The notes beneath the pieces were generated by a model. That model was not told the DNA's origin. It saw only the letters and a program-made list of their open reading frames with translations, and made no database searches. A DNA stretch of 64,000 bases. Source: Podarcis tiliguerta. Taxonomy: Eukaryota. The stretch lies in NCBI GenBank assembly GCA_965153285.1, contig OZ229110.1. One strand, written 5' to 3'. A program made the translations under genes and the position numbers. Of this stretch, positions 62,105 to 64,000 are shown in pieces (position 1 is the first letter of the stretch; each line of letters opens with the position of its first letter).

Positions 62105-64000
62105 GCCCCCAGTGTTGGTCTGGCTCAGGCCTTGTTTCCAATTTGTGAGAGAAGCAAGAGAATCAAAGGCTGTGATGTACAATCATTTATTAAACTGCTG
62201 TTTAATATATTTGGGTTGAAACACAGCTTAGTTTTTCTCATCATGAGGTAGACAATAGTTGATTTTGCTCCATTGGTATTTGAAGCTATCCTGTAATAAT
62301 ATTCTCAAGCTCTAAGATATTCTTCACAGAGCACAGTAGCGGCCCAGCACAGCAATAGAGTTTGCTCCTTAATGACTAATTACACTCCATTTTCAGAACT
62401 CACATAATTTAATTATTTAAGAAGCTTGCAATGCATTTACTACAAAGCAGGGATATTCATAATTCCAATTTCACATTATCTTTGAAGTGTATCCACTTAA
62501 AAAAAGAAAAGAGGGGGGGGAAAGATTACACACTGAAATAAATGAAAATATGTTATAAGGAAGCCTCTTCTCACTCGCCCCTCTTCCTCAGCACAATTTT
62601 AATATTTTTATTTAACTCTCCAGTGTCTGAAGATAAACAGCCATGAACAGGAGATTTTTAGCACTCCATATATATGTTCCAAATGCTGAAAATAGTGTCT
62701 GCACGTGATATTTTATAATTAAACATGGTGTTTAGCATGAGGACAGTCAATATTCCAGTGATTTCATTTTGTGGTATAATTACAGGTAAGACATCTTGAG
62801 TGCATTAATTTGCTTTTTATAACTCTCCATTCTGTTCTCTTACAGCTATTGAAGAGCAATTGCACTTTTTCTTACCTTTTTTAGGGTGTTAACAAAAAAC
62901 AATCATTACCAGATCTTTCAATATGGCCCTTAGAGGTTTGGATTTGAGCCAATGTGGCCCTCATCTAGTGGATATAGAAAGCTGGATTAGGAAGATTCTT
63001 GCTCAGCTATGAAGCTCAGCAGGTGCTGTTCAGCAAATCCCCATCTCTTCAGAAGGGTTGCTGCTGCTGCAAGAGGAGAGGGGGACATGTGCACTGCCTT
63101 GAGTAAGGGGTAGGATGAAAATGATATGTGTGTATTTCCTTAATAATTATTGAAATAAGAAACAGCACCAAAACTAGCTTTGTACAGGCCAAGGGCGCTG
63201 GTTCCCTCAATGTTCAGAGGGCTGCCTGCGTGACATCAGCCTCTGCTATAGGCACACTTTCCCAAGTTATCACAGATCCTCTTTTGTGTGTTCGCCATCT
63301 TGGCAGATGGTCGCTAAAGAACTCATGCAAGAAAAGGAGCGTGTCTGCCCAAGCTAAATATGTACTTAGATGTCAAAGAATCACCCAAACATGAAGATTC
63401 TCTGCACATCTTTCTTTTAAAATAAAGAAAACCATGGGGTCTGTTGCAGAACTTGGACTTGCCACTTACATCATGAGATCTTAGCAATTTCTTTGTGTCT
63501 TGTCCTCCCATGTAGGAGCGTGAAGTGACCTGCTTCAGAGGGTGCCAGGCAGGGTACAGAAGGGAGGGACTAGAATCTGAATGGTGGGGGAAATGTGCTT
63601 CACTTAAGCCACTCCAGAACAAGATGCCCTTTTTGTTGTCGCTATTAAAATGCAGAAACAACATAAATAGCAAACAAATGAAAAAGAAAAAACCAAACAC
63701 CATGCAAGTTGATATGCAGCTTTCTTTGCATATCCCAGAATTTATGTAACTAGGCAAAGCCTCCTCTCTGAAACATTCCAGAGCTATCCATAAGTCCAAG
63801 TCCCTTTTCTTTCCAAAGTTTTATATTGGCCACATAATTGTCTGTGACAATGAGGATAGAGGATAAGAATCTTACTGATTCAATATTGCACTGGGTGGAA
63901 CTGGATGTCTGAGGCTTCTTCAAATTGGTTGGAAAAGGGAATCGACTTTCATCCGAGTTTGGTAAGGGAGACAGTTCTACCTTGCCCAAAGTTACTCCTC

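Noticed and set aside
63323-63799. 158-aa minus-strand ORF
   Set aside because: No recognisable domain, low-complexity Phe run and no splice support; expected by chance in 64 kb.

Overview
Vertebrate nuclear DNA, very probably a squamate (lacertid-like lizard), judged from its repeats: Squam3-type tRNA SINEs, BovB/RTE, CR1, L2, Rex1/Babar, L1, Ngaro/DIRS, solo LTRs and many hAT and Tc1/mariner MITEs. There are no prokaryotic genes, CRISPR arrays, rRNA genes or intact tRNA genes. Almost all ORF-track entries are chance ORFs or TE fragments. The window looks like a large intron with dense TE insertions and several TE-free, motif-rich stretches resembling conserved non-coding enhancers. The two N-runs (15315-15494, 59086-59249) fall inside what look like two phase-compatible + strand exons of an unidentified host gene, about 43.6 kb apart. 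Main leads: (1) these gap-containing exons; (2) a very degraded minus-strand env-like fossil at ~32.0-33.6 kb resembling lokiretrovirus-type fusion proteins; (3) a diverged LTR-like pair with a constrained core; (4) a MITE whose flanks are inverted copies instead of a TSD; (5) several nested insertions with intact TSDs. All family assignments are by eye from remembered consensus motifs; no database search was run.
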